NCBI GenBank assembly: GCA_017856455.1
Contig: JAFMEZ010000001.1
Span: 10,439-74,438 of the forward strand
Origin: Parafilimonas sp.
GTDB lineage: Bacteria; Bacteroidota; Bacteroidia; Chitinophagales; Chitinophagaceae
Direction: 5' to 3'
Length of the DNA: 64,000 nucleotides
Shown one piece after another: positions 30,140-39,552 of this stretch. Positions within the stretch are counted from its first letter, which is position 1, and each line of letters starts with the position of its first letter. The notes under the pieces were generated by a model. That model did not search any database. It was not told the origin of the DNA and saw only the letters and a list, made by a program, of their open reading frames with translations. The position numbers were made by a program, and so were the translations under genes.

Positions 30140-31540
30140 ATGCAAAACGGTATTGCTGCAGATATTCTAGAACAATTCAAGGCAATTGTTGGAGAGTCGT
30201 TTGTGATTGTTGATGAAAACTTGCTGCACACCTACGCACATGATGAGACTGAAGAGTTATTGTATTTGCCACAAGTGGCACTTCGACCAAGAACAGCTGC
30301 TGAAATCAGCCAAATCATGAAAATCTGTAATCAGCATAAACTTGCAGTTACACCTCGTGGTGCGGGAACCGGGTTGAGTGGCGGGGCGTTGCCTCATTTG
30401 GGCGGAGTGTTAATAGCAACAGACCGGTTAAATACGATTATCGAGATTGATGAGAGAAACTTACAGGTAACAACCGAGCCTGGTGTTATTACAGAAATTT
30501 TGCAAAATGCTTTAAAAGAAAAAGGCTTGTTCTATCCGCCCGATCCTTCCAGCAAAGGGTCTTGCTTCATTGGAGGGAATATTGCTGAAAACAGTGGTGG
30601 ACCCAAAGCGGTCAAGTATGGAGTGGTGAGAGATTATGTGCTCAATCTCGAAGTTGTTTTGCCTACAGGTGAAATCATATGGACAGGATGCAATGTATTG
30701 AAGAATTCAACTGGATATAATCTCACACAATTGATGGTTGGAAGTGAAGGAACACTCGGAATTGTTACAAAAATTGTTCTAAAGTTGATTCCACTGCCGA
30801 AACATGATTTATTGATGTTGGTTCCTTTCAATTCACTGGAAAAAGCCAGCGAAGCAGTTAGTGCAATTTTTCGTGCAGGGTTTACTCCTTCTGCTTTAGA
30901 ATTAATGGAAATTGATGCTTTGAAGATTGTAAGTGAAGAGGTGGGATCTTCCTCTGTTCCTATTACTCCTGAAACTGCTGCACATTTGATTATTGAAGTG
31001 GATGGTAATCATATTGAAACATTGATGAACGAAATGGAGTCCATCAGTGAATTATTATTACAATTTGATTGCGGAGAAATATATTTTGCAGATGATCATC
31101 AGCAAAAAAATGAATTATGGAAGTTGCGTAGAAGAGTAGCAGAGGTTGTAAAAACAAAAGGATATACCATTGAGGAAGATACTGTTGTGCCAAGAGCAGT
31201 GTTGCCAGAATTGATTAGGGAAGTAAAAGAGCTTGGAAAAAAATACGGATTTTCAGCAGTTTGTTATGGTCATGCAGGGGATGGTAATTTGCACATACGG
31301 TTGAATAAGCCAGGTATACCTAATAGTTATGGCAACGAGGAAATGAATAATATTTTAAGAGAATTATTTATAGCGGTAAAAAAACTTGGCGGAACCATTA
31401 GCGGTGAGCATGGTGTTGGGTTGATTCAAAAAAGTTATATGGATGTGATGTTTGATCCTGTTCATTTTCGTTTAATGAGGGAGATCAAAAAGGCTTTTGA
31501 CCCAAATAATATATTAAATGCTGGAAAGATTTTTGATTAA
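30140..31540 (+). CDS. FAD-linked oxidase, glycolate oxidase GlcD / D-lactate dehydrogenase family
   Basis: RGAGTGLSGG, YPPDPSS, GSEGTLG, GHAGDGNLH, SGEHGVG. Confidence 0.88.
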   Translation: MQNGIAADILEQFKAIVGESFVIVDENLLHTYAHDETEELLYLPQVALRPRTAAEISQIMKICNQHKLAVTPRGAGTGLSGGALPHLGGVLIATDRLNTIIEIDERNLQVTTEPGVITEILQNALKEKGLFYPPDPSSKGSCFIGGNIAENSGGPKAVKYGVVRDYVLNLEVVLPTGEIIWTGCNVLKNSTGYNLTQLMVGSEGTLGIVTKIVLKLIPLPKHDLLMLVPFNSLEKASEAVSAIFRAGFTPSALELMEIDALKIVSEEVGSSSVPITPETAAHLIIEVDGNHIETLMNEMESISELLLQFDCGEIYFADDHQQKNELWKLRRRVAEVVKTKGYTIEEDTVVPRAVLPELIREVKELGKKYGFSAVCYGHAGDGNLHIRLNKPGIPNSYGNEEMNNILRELFIAVKKLGGTISGEHGVGLIQKSYMDVMFDPVHFRLMREIKKAFDPNNILNAGKIFD

Positions 31541-32094
31541 TCTTCAGTAAGATGTTTTTTTAGTGATTGCACTAAACTTGATGGATCCTCAAATGAATGA
31601 ATTCTTTCCCAAAGAGGCTCGTACAGAAAATCTTTTTGTATGAGATGCTCCATATGCAATATCAAATGATCATAAAATCCAGCTGTATTGAGAATGAATA
31701 TTTTTTTATTGTGAATGCTCAGTTGATTCCATGTGAGCATCTCAAACATTTCATCAAGCGTTCCAAATCCACCTGGCAGTACAATCCCGGCCATTCCCTG
31801 TTCGTAAAGCTGTTTCTTTCTTTCATGAATGTCATTTGTTATGATTACATGCGTAAGAGTGGGGTGTTGTCTTTCCCAATCAATAAGTACTTGTGGAATG
31901 ATCCCAGTTACACTTGCACCGGCTGACAAAGCGCCATTAGCAACCGCCCCCATTATTCCTTTCCCGCCTCCACCGTAAATGATATCAAAGTTATTTTCTG
32001 CCAGTTCTTTTCCAAGCTCAGCAGCATCCATTTCAAATTTGGGATTATTGCCACTTTTAGAGCCACAAAAAACAGTCACATTCTTTCTTTTCAA
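31537..32094 (-). CDS. LOG family protein (TIGR00730-type nucleotide phosphoribohydrolase)
   Basis: VFCGS, YGGG..GIMG, HERK, PGGFGTLDE; likely TTG start at 32094. Confidence 0.9.
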   Translation of the reverse strand: MKRKNVTVFCGSKSGNNPKFEMDAAELGKELAENNFDIIYGGGGKGIMGAVANGALSAGASVTGIIPQVLIDWERQHPTLTHVIITNDIHERKKQLYEQGMAGIVLPGGFGTLDEMFEMLTWNQLSIHNKKIFILNTAGFYDHLILHMEHLIQKDFLYEPLWERIHSFEDPSSLVQSLKKHLTED

Positions 32095-32104
32095 AACTGA
32101 TGGA

Positions 32105-32743
32105 TTATTTCTTCTTGTAATCACCTCTTTTCCAGCTGCGAATGAATTCGCCCCATGCAAATGGATTAAAAATATTCACTGGCGGGGCTTGTCCTGAGTA
32201 ATAATATTTTTGAGCACCCTTTGCTAAATTCAAATTAATGGCTTCTCTTCCATCATTGGGCAGTGAACGCATTAGAATTCTTCTGGTAGTGATGTCAGTA
32301 TTTTTTCTGGCAATTTCTATGTTGTCGTCAGGCACATCTGTGGATACAAAATCTCTTTCAAATTGCTCTCTTGTCGGTCTTGGTTTGATGATGGCAGCAG
32401 GAAGAAAGGCTGTATCATTAACCAATAATTGAATGATGCTAAATTGATTTCCCTCAAGCTCAGTTGGTATTCTGGTTATTTTATTTTTAAAACCAATGCA
32501 ACTGAATTCTATTTGATCGCCTTTTAATGCCACTATGGAGAAAACACCTTGATTGTTGGTTAGTGTACCTCTTCCAGTTCCCTTGACAACGATACTTACT
32601 GCGGGAAGACCCCTTAAACTATCTGCTGTCATTACTACCCCATATAATTGAACAACAGAGTCTTTAAATGTTTCGAATTGCGCCTTCGCACCAAATGGTA
32701 GGAATCCTAGTGCAAGGCAAATAAGAAAAAAATTCTTTTTCAT
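32105..32743 (-). CDS. Carboxypeptidase-regulatory-like domain secreted protein
   Basis: Signal peptide; GVV..ADS..GLP.VSI.VKGT.RGT.TN..G.FSI, FSCIGF pattern. Confidence 0.75.
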   Translation of the reverse strand: MKKNFFLICLALGFLPFGAKAQFETFKDSVVQLYGVVMTADSLRGLPAVSIVVKGTGRGTLTNNQGVFSIVALKGDQIEFSCIGFKNKITRIPTELEGNQFSIIQLLVNDTAFLPAAIIKPRPTREQFERDFVSTDVPDDNIEIARKNTDITTRRILMRSLPNDGREAINLNLAKGAQKYYYSGQAPPVNIFNPFAWGEFIRSWKRGDYKKK

Positions 32744-32842
32744 CGACAACATTCTGTGCAAAATAACTGTTTCTTTTTCATAAAAAAAGTAGCCGGCGAA
32801 TGGTTATTTTTGCATTTCTTTTCATTTTAACATTTTCATTGT

Positions 32843-33907
32843 ATGGGTACAGAAGAGATTTTGAAGGCGTTGTCAACTGTTCAGGAGCCAGACCTTAAGA
32901 AAGATTTGGTTACCCTAAATATGGTCAGAGACATCAAGATCAGTGAAAAATCTGTTGAGTTTACAATTGTACTCACCACTCCTGCATGTCCCCTTAAAGA
33001 GGTAATCAGAAGAAACTGCGAAAAGGCAATCCATGAGCATGTAAGTGATGCGCTGGAGGTTATTGTAGATTTTACTGCAAATACAAGTTCTCTGCGTGTA
33101 GATTTAACCGCTGTTTTGCCTGGGGTCAAAAATATCATAGCAGTCGTTAGTGGAAAGGGAGGTGTAGGTAAGTCAACTGTTTCTGCAAACTTGGCATTGG
33201 CATTGGCTAAGCAAGGAGCAAAAGTTGGACTCATGGATGCAGATATTTATGGTCCAAGTGTTCCCATTATGTTTGGCGTCAGAGGAATGCGTCCATTTAT
33301 GGAAAATGTTGATGGTAAGGATAAAATTTTACCATTGGAACAGCATGGCATCAAACTGATCAGTATTGGTTTATTGGTAGATGAAAAAAGTGCAGTTGTT
33401 TGGCGTGGACCAATGGCAAGTAGTGCAATCAAACAATTTGTCACTGATGTTCACTGGGGCGAACTTGATTATCTGGTCATTGATATGCCACCAGGAACAG
33501 GTGATATTCATCTCACCTTGGTTCAGACCATTCCAGTTACTGGTGTTGTTGTTGTAACAACACCACAAGAAGTTGCGTTGGCAGATGCAAAAAAAGCGAT
33601 CGCGATGTTCAATCAAACTCAGTTGAAAGTGCCGATTATTGGACTTGTAGAAAATATGGCATGGTTTATTCCAGAGGAAATGCCAAATAACAAATACTAT
33701 ATTTTCGGAAAAGATGGCGGGAAAAATTTAGCTGATCAGCTTGATTTAAATTTCTTAGGACAAATACCATTGGTGCAAAGCATAAGAGAAGGTGGAGATA
33801 AAGGAACGCCTGCAATTATAGGGGATAACGGAGTTACAGCAGATGCATTTGCTGCTTTTGCTGATGAAACCATTCGTGCAATTGCAGTAGCAAACGCAGC
33901 CAAATAA
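32843..33907 (+). CDS. Mrp/ApbC (NBP35) Fe-S cluster carrier ATPase
   Basis: N-terminal DUF59-like LTTPACP, SGKGGVGKST, DADIYGPS, WRGPM, DMPPGTGD, GLVENM. Confidence 0.95.
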   Translation: MGTEEILKALSTVQEPDLKKDLVTLNMVRDIKISEKSVEFTIVLTTPACPLKEVIRRNCEKAIHEHVSDALEVIVDFTANTSSLRVDLTAVLPGVKNIIAVVSGKGGVGKSTVSANLALALAKQGAKVGLMDADIYGPSVPIMFGVRGMRPFMENVDGKDKILPLEQHGIKLISIGLLVDEKSAVVWRGPMASSAIKQFVTDVHWGELDYLVIDMPPGTGDIHLTLVQTIPVTGVVVVTTPQEVALADAKKAIAMFNQTQLKVPIIGLVENMAWFIPEEMPNNKYYIFGKDGGKNLADQLDLNFLGQIPLVQSIREGGDKGTPAIIGDNGVTADAFAAFADETIRAIAVANAAK

Positions 33908-34402
33908 TTATTTCTTCAAAACTGCTTTGGTATCAGGATAGTTTAATTTGAAACTTTCTCTCTTATCGTCTATTTTCAAATGTATGATATTGGTTTGTTC
34001 CGATTTGTACTCATACATGATATTAGAAGTCACTTCAATTGTTTTTACGTTTGGCTGATTAAGTATTGAAAAGTAAATCCAAACTGACTCCTGGTTGATT
34101 TCATATCCTAGAAACTGATAAGGCTTGTTGATACCGTTGAGCTTGATACTCAAATGTTTTTTAATGTACTGGTCGAAAACTGGGTTAATCGTTTTTTTGT
34201 CTCCCTTGATCACATCATACTTGTTGCCGTTAAATTTCCTGAGTGTTTCCTCCAGATCATCAGGGAAAAATTTAATTGACATGCCCAGTTCTTTTGTCTT
34301 AGAACTGTACTCAATCTCTGTTACTGATAAATAAAAGGGATGTTTGAATGATGTAAAAACAATAATAAGGAGACATCCAACAAAAAATTTCCAGTATTTC
34401 AT
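33908..34402 (-). CDS. DUF6702-like secreted protein
   Basis: Signal peptide followed by HPFYLSVTEI, F.DDLE, Q.NIIH. Confidence 0.7.
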   Translation of the reverse strand: MKYWKFFVGCLLIIVFTSFKHPFYLSVTEIEYSSKTKELGMSIKFFPDDLEETLRKFNGNKYDVIKGDKKTINPVFDQYIKKHLSIKLNGINKPYQFLGYEINQESVWIYFSILNQPNVKTIEVTSNIMYEYKSEQTNIIHLKIDDKRESFKLNYPDTKAVLKK

Positions 34403-34433
34403 ACCTTACAAAAGTCCGATTTATTTTAGAATA

Positions 34434-35018
34434 ATGCACCTCTCAGATTTTAATTACTATTTTTCTCTTGGCTGGCATCATATCATCAGTTGGGATGCAC
34501 TAGACCATCTTTATTTTATTACAACCTTGTCGGTTGTATATCAATTCAAACAATGGAAACAGGTGCTCGTATTGGTAACCGCGTTCACCATTGGGCATGC
34601 ATTTACACTGTTTTTAAGTGGTACTGATTTGATTCGAGTGAATGACAGTTGGGTTGAATTTGCCATCCCATGTACCATTGTATTTTCCTGTTTGATGAAC
34701 TTTAGAAATCGTTCATCACTGAAAAAAACCGATAAGGTTCAATATGTGATGGCTTTATTATTCGGACTCATACATGGTCTAGGTTATGCAAATGCGATTC
34801 GGTTCATGATTTCGAGTAATCAGCAAGTTGTTTGGAGTCTCTTTAGCTTCAACGTGGGATTGGAAATCGGGCAAATTTTCGTAGTATTGTTGATGTTGAT
34901 CTCAGGTGTTATAGTTGGAATTTCTAAGCTTTTTACACAAAGAGAATGGGTATTGAGCTTTTCGTCTTTGATACTTGGATTGGCAATCAAACTTACCATA
35001 GAAAGATATCCGTTTTAA
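34434..35018 (+). CDS. HupE/UreJ-family membrane protein
   Basis: GWHHI...DHL, TAFTIGH, FGLIHGLG, FNVGLEIGQ. Confidence 0.85.
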   Translation: MHLSDFNYYFSLGWHHIISWDALDHLYFITTLSVVYQFKQWKQVLVLVTAFTIGHAFTLFLSGTDLIRVNDSWVEFAIPCTIVFSCLMNFRNRSSLKKTDKVQYVMALLFGLIHGLGYANAIRFMISSNQQVVWSLFSFNVGLEIGQIFVVLLMLISGVIVGISKLFTQREWVLSFSSLILGLAIKLTIERYPF

Positions 35019-35035
35019 TATTAAAATCTCCTCAA

Positions 35036-37366
35036 ATGAGAAATTTTCAGTTATTGCTCTTAGCATCTATTTTAAGTATTACATGTGCAGTTGCACAACC
35101 TCTCAGAAATCCAGGTTCTAATCATGGTAATCGATTTGAACAACTTGATTATTTGATGCAAGATCCGAATGAATACAGAACAGCAAGTGGTGCTCCTGGT
35201 CCTAAGTACTGGCAACAAAGAGCAGATTATGAAATCAATGTCGACATCAACGAAGCTGAGAACTTATTAACAGGCGCTGAAACTGTCACCTATTTTAATA
35301 ATTCACCAGATGTACTTACTTATTTGTGGTTGCAGGTAGATGAAAATTTTCATCATCCCAATAGCAATAACAATTATGATAAACCTTCTACAATGAGAGA
35401 GGGAATGTCTGATTTACAGTTGCGTCAGATGGACCCTGCAGAATACATGAAGGGATACGGAGTGAATATCACTGCATTAACAGATGTAGCGGGCAATGCT
35501 TTAAAGTATACAGTAAATCAAACGATGATGCGTATTGAGCTTCCGATTCCATTGAAACCCGGACAAAAATTTGTTTTCAAAGTAAGCTGGAATTATAAGA
35601 TTAATGATAAGCTCACCAGATATGGCAGAGGAGGATATGAGCATTTTGCAGATGATGACAATAATCTCTATTCAATTACACAGTGGTATCCAAGAATGGC
35701 TGTTTACAGTGATTTTCAGGGATGGCAACATTTGCAATTTGCAGGAGGTGCTGAATTTGCATTGACTTTCGGAAATTTTAAAGTGAATATTACTGTTCCT
35801 GAAGATCATATCGTTGCTGCAACAGGGGAATGTAAAAATTATGCATCTGTATTAAGTCCAGCACAAATGGAGCGTTGGCAAAAGGCACAACAATCAAACG
35901 AGCCAATTGAAGTGGTTACTTTGAATGAAGCTTTAGAAAATGCAAAGGATAAATCAACTAAAAAGAAGACCTGGACATACGAAGCCATCAATGTAAGAGA
36001 TTTTGCATTCAATACATCACGTCGTTTGGTTTGGGATGCAATGAGTGTAGATGTTGAGGGAAAGAAAGTGATGTGTATGAGTTATTATGGTAAAGAAGCA
36101 TATCCTATTTACAGAAAATATTCAACTAAGGCAGTTTATCATACCATTAAGACCTACTCAAAATTCACTATTCCTTATCCTTACCCAGTTGCGATTTCAG
36201 TAGAAGCAGCAATCGGTATGGAATACCCAATGCTTGCGATGAATTTTGGAAGAGCTGAGAAAGATGGATCATATAGTGAAGCAACCAAGTATGGCGCAAT
36301 TGGGGTGATTATTCATGAAGTGGGACATAATTTCTTCCCCATGATCATAAACTCTGACGAACGTCAATATTGGTGGATGGATGAGGGATTAAACACATTT
36401 GTACAATTTCTCACCGAGCAAGAATTTGATAATAATTATCCATCAAGAAGAGGACCGGCACATTTGATCACAGATTATATGCGTTTGCACAAAGACCTGC
36501 TTGAGCCAATCATGACAAAAGGTGATAATGTTGCCAATGTTGGGTCAAATGCTTATGCAAAGGCAGCAACAGGATTAAATATTTTGAGGGAAACCATCAT
36601 GGGCAGAGAACTCTTCGATTATGCTTTCAAAGAGTACGCAAGAAGATGGGCATTCAAACACCCAACACCCAATGATTTATTCAGAACAATGGAAGATGCA
36701 AGTGCAGTTGACTTAGATTGGTTTTGGAGAGGTTGGTATTATGGAACAGATCCCGTTGATATTTCATTGGATAGTGTAAAATGGTTCAAGTTGGATGCTG
36801 AAAAGAATACAGCAAGTTTAAAAGCTACAGAATTTGAAAACATCAGTAAGCTCAGAAATAGGGAAGAAAAGAAAATCTCTTTTTACACTGATCGTGATAC
36901 AACGCTTAGAGATTTCTATTACTACAATAGAAATGCTGATGCAAAAATGTTCCAAGAAATGGCGCAACAAAGAATTGAGGCTAATAAGGATAAAGATAAT
37001 TATGCAAAATGGCAGGATAAAAACCTTTATGAACTGACTTTTAGTAATAAAGGTGGGATGTTGATGCCAATTATTGTTGAATGGACATTTACAGATGGAT
37101 CTAAAGAAGTAGATAGAATTCCAGTTACCATTTGGAGATTGAATGAAAATAAAGTTTCAAAAGTCTTTTTGAAAAATAAAGAAGTCAAATCAATTCAATT
37201 GGATCCTATGAAAGAAACTGCTGATATTGATGAATCAAATGGTCAATGGCCTATAAAGGAAATGCCAAGTAAGTTTCAGCTTTTCAAAGCTGGAGCTACT
37301 TTAAGCGGACCAGGTGCACCCCGCACAGGCCCATCCCAAAATGCTATGCAACGAGCAAAAAAATAA
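35036..37366 (+). CDS. Secreted M1 family zinc aminopeptidase
   Basis: GMEYPM, HEVGH, WMDEG; signal peptide from ATG 35036. Confidence 0.92.
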   Translation: MRNFQLLLLASILSITCAVAQPLRNPGSNHGNRFEQLDYLMQDPNEYRTASGAPGPKYWQQRADYEINVDINEAENLLTGAETVTYFNNSPDVLTYLWLQVDENFHHPNSNNNYDKPSTMREGMSDLQLRQMDPAEYMKGYGVNITALTDVAGNALKYTVNQTMMRIELPIPLKPGQKFVFKVSWNYKINDKLTRYGRGGYEHFADDDNNLYSITQWYPRMAVYSDFQGWQHLQFAGGAEFALTFGNFKVNITVPEDHIVAATGECKNYASVLSPAQMERWQKAQQSNEPIEVVTLNEALENAKDKSTKKKTWTYEAINVRDFAFNTSRRLVWDAMSVDVEGKKVMCMSYYGKEAYPIYRKYSTKAVYHTIKTYSKFTIPYPYPVAISVEAAIGMEYPMLAMNFGRAEKDGSYSEATKYGAIGVIIHEVGHNFFPMIINSDERQYWWMDEGLNTFVQFLTEQEFDNNYPSRRGPAHLITDYMRLHKDLLEPIMTKGDNVANVGSNAYAKAATGLNILRETIMGRELFDYAFKEYARRWAFKHPTPNDLFRTMEDASAVDLDWFWRGWYYGTDPVDISLDSVKWFKLDAEKNTASLKATEFENISKLRNREEKKISFYTDRDTTLRDFYYYNRNADAKMFQEMAQQRIEANKDKDNYAKWQDKNLYELTFSNKGGMLMPIIVEWTFTDGSKEVDRIPVTIWRLNENKVSKVFLKNKEVKSIQLDPMKETADIDESNGQWPIKEMPSKFQLFKAGATLSGPGAPRTGPSQNAMQRAKK

Positions 37367-37367
37367 A

Positions 37368-38051
37368 TTACTTCAACCAGTTGTCGAATTCTTCGCGACT
37401 GATGAGGCCCTGTTTTCTTTTTATCTCTTTACCGTCTTTGTAAAGAATAAAAGTAGGCAGGGCTTCTACATTAAGTGACTTCATTAAATCAGTTTCAAGT
37501 CCGCCATCCATTTTAATCAACGCCAGCTTGTCCTTATTGTCTTTCACAAATGACTGAAGAATAGGTTCCATTTTTCTACATGGCGGACACCATTCAGCTC
37601 CAAAGTCGACCAATGTAATGGAATTGCTATTAACTTGTCCGTTATATGCCTCCAAAGTAGTTTGCTTTGCATTGGGGTTCGCACCTTCAACTTCCAATCC
37701 ATTTGCTTTCCATGCATTCATTCCACCCTCAAGGTTTACTACTTGGTAACCTTTCATCCTCAGTTCTGCTGCTGCTGAGCTGCTTCTTCCTCCACTTAGG
37801 CAGTAGATGTAAACTGTTTTGGATTTGTCGAGCGATGAAGTTCTGTCGTTGAACTCAACTTTATTCATCCAATTGGCCTGCAATGAATATTTAATATGTC
37901 CGCTTTTATATTCATCGGCAGTCCTAACATCTAAAATTTGCGCACCATCTTTTTCAATTGCAGATTTAAAATCAGTTGCTTTTAAGGATTCTTGTCCATT
38001 TGAATTGCATGAAAAAAGTGTAACCAATAAAATATAGATGAAATTCCTCAT
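37368..38051 (-). CDS. Rhodanese-thioredoxin fusion lipoprotein
   Basis: Lipobox LFSC; LDVRT..EY..GHI, YCLSGGRS, LEGGM.AW; WCPPC. Confidence 0.88.
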   Translation of the reverse strand: MRNFIYILLVTLFSCNSNGQESLKATDFKSAIEKDGAQILDVRTADEYKSGHIKYSLQANWMNKVEFNDRTSSLDKSKTVYIYCLSGGRSSSAAAELRMKGYQVVNLEGGMNAWKANGLEVEGANPNAKQTTLEAYNGQVNSNSITLVDFGAEWCPPCRKMEPILQSFVKDNKDKLALIKMDGGLETDLMKSLNVEALPTFILYKDGKEIKRKQGLISREEFDNWLK

Positions 38052-38103
38052 TGTAATTTTTTTTCAAAGTTAGTATAAGCTTTTCATTTCCTATCTTGCC
38101 TTT

Positions 38104-39051
38104 ATGCTCGATGCTAAACTATTAATGTTTGAGAATAGGCTGGCGAAAGTGTATAAAATTCGCGCCAAAGAAGCTTCAAGACAGCAAATCAGTTGTTATA
38201 GGTTGTACGATAGAGATTTGCCTGAGTTTCCGCTTATACTTGATGTTTATGAAAATGAAATTCTGGTAACCGAATATCGGAGTCAACATAAATTAACTCT
38301 GGAGGAATATATTGCCTGGCTGGATGGAAGCATAGCAGTAATTAAAAAGGTTTTAAATAAAAGTGATGAACAAATTCATGTGAAGGAAAGAAAGGTAAAA
38401 GCAAATCGGCAGGACCAATATCTAAAAACTGGATCAAACAAAGAGCTGATAATTGTTGAGGAAGGCGGACTTAAATTTTATGTGAATTTGGATGACTATC
38501 TTGATACAGGATTGTTTTTAGATCATCGAATCACTCGCTCATTGGTCAGAGGTAAATCTGCAGGAAAAACGATACTTAATCTTTTTTGTTATACAGGTTC
38601 TTTTTCGGTGTATGCTGCAGATGGTGGTGCGAAAGAGGTTGTATCAATAGACTTATCTAATACATATATTGATTGGGCAAAGAAAAATATGGAGCTGAAT
38701 AAATTTGTTGGTGAGGCTTACTCATTTATAAAAGGAGATGTCTTGCAAGAATTGCCCAAATTAAAAAATGAAAGCTTTGACATCATCGTATTGGATCCAC
38801 CTACATTCAGCAATAGCAAATCGATGAAAGAAATTTTTGATGTGCAGCTGATGCATGTTGATCTTATCAATCTTTGTCTGACCAAATTAAAAAATGGAGG
38901 TGAGCTATTTTTTAGTACCAATGCGAGAAAATTCGAAATAAATGCTTCGGCGATCAAAGGTGCTATAAAAGAAATCACCACCTCAACAGAGCCTTTTGAT
39001 TACAAAGGAAAACTATTGAGGTGGTGTTATATAATAACTAAATCGAATTAA
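38104..39051 (+). CDS. Class I SAM-dependent rRNA methyltransferase resembling the RlmK half of RlmKL
   Basis: F.NRL.K, YRLYDRDLPE, NLDDYLDTGLFLDHR, NLFCYTGSFS, LDPPTFSNSK. Confidence 0.82.
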   Translation: MLDAKLLMFENRLAKVYKIRAKEASRQQISCYRLYDRDLPEFPLILDVYENEILVTEYRSQHKLTLEEYIAWLDGSIAVIKKVLNKSDEQIHVKERKVKANRQDQYLKTGSNKELIIVEEGGLKFYVNLDDYLDTGLFLDHRITRSLVRGKSAGKTILNLFCYTGSFSVYAADGGAKEVVSIDLSNTYIDWAKKNMELNKFVGEAYSFIKGDVLQELPKLKNESFDIIVLDPPTFSNSKSMKEIFDVQLMHVDLINLCLTKLKNGGELFFSTNARKFEINASAIKGAIKEITTSTEPFDYKGKLLRWCYIITKSN

Positions 39052-39476
39052 GATACGATCTCAACCAGCTCTACATCAAAGATCAAATCTTTTCCTGCAA
39101 GGAAATGATTAGCATCCATTACAATGGCATCATCTTTGATTTCAATCACTTCAACCGGGACAGGTTGTCCATACTCATTTTGTAAATTTAATTTCATGCC
39201 AATCTCAATATTCATTCCTTCAGGAATATTTGATTTTGGAAAATCAATGATTGCTTCTGGATTTTTGTGTCCATATCCATTTGCCGGATCAATATTGATA
39301 ACTTTTTTCTCTCCAATGCTCATTCCCAAAACACCTGCATCAAATCCAGCTATCATCTGGCCAGCACCCAATGTGAACTCTAATGGTGCTCTTCCAACTG
39401 AACTGTCAAATTGTGAGCCGTCAGTTAATTTGCCTGTATAATGTACTCTGACCAGATCTCCTTTTTTAGCTTGCAT
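39048..39476 (-). CDS. FKBP-type peptidyl-prolyl isomerase (SlyD/FkpB-like, no His tail)
   Basis: VHYTGKL.DG..FDSS, DANHFLAGKDL.F. Confidence 0.93.
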   Translation of the reverse strand: MQAKKGDLVRVHYTGKLTDGSQFDSSVGRAPLEFTLGAGQMIAGFDAGVLGMSIGEKKVINIDPANGYGHKNPEAIIDFPKSNIPEGMNIEIGMKLNLQNEYGQPVPVEVIEIKDDAIVMDANHFLAGKDLIFDVELVEIVS

Positions 39477-39552
39477 ATTTGTTTAAGTTTAATGAATAAT
39501 AAGCTTCGAAACTAACTTTATTCTTTTACTTTTAGGGTAATAATTTAGTTAA

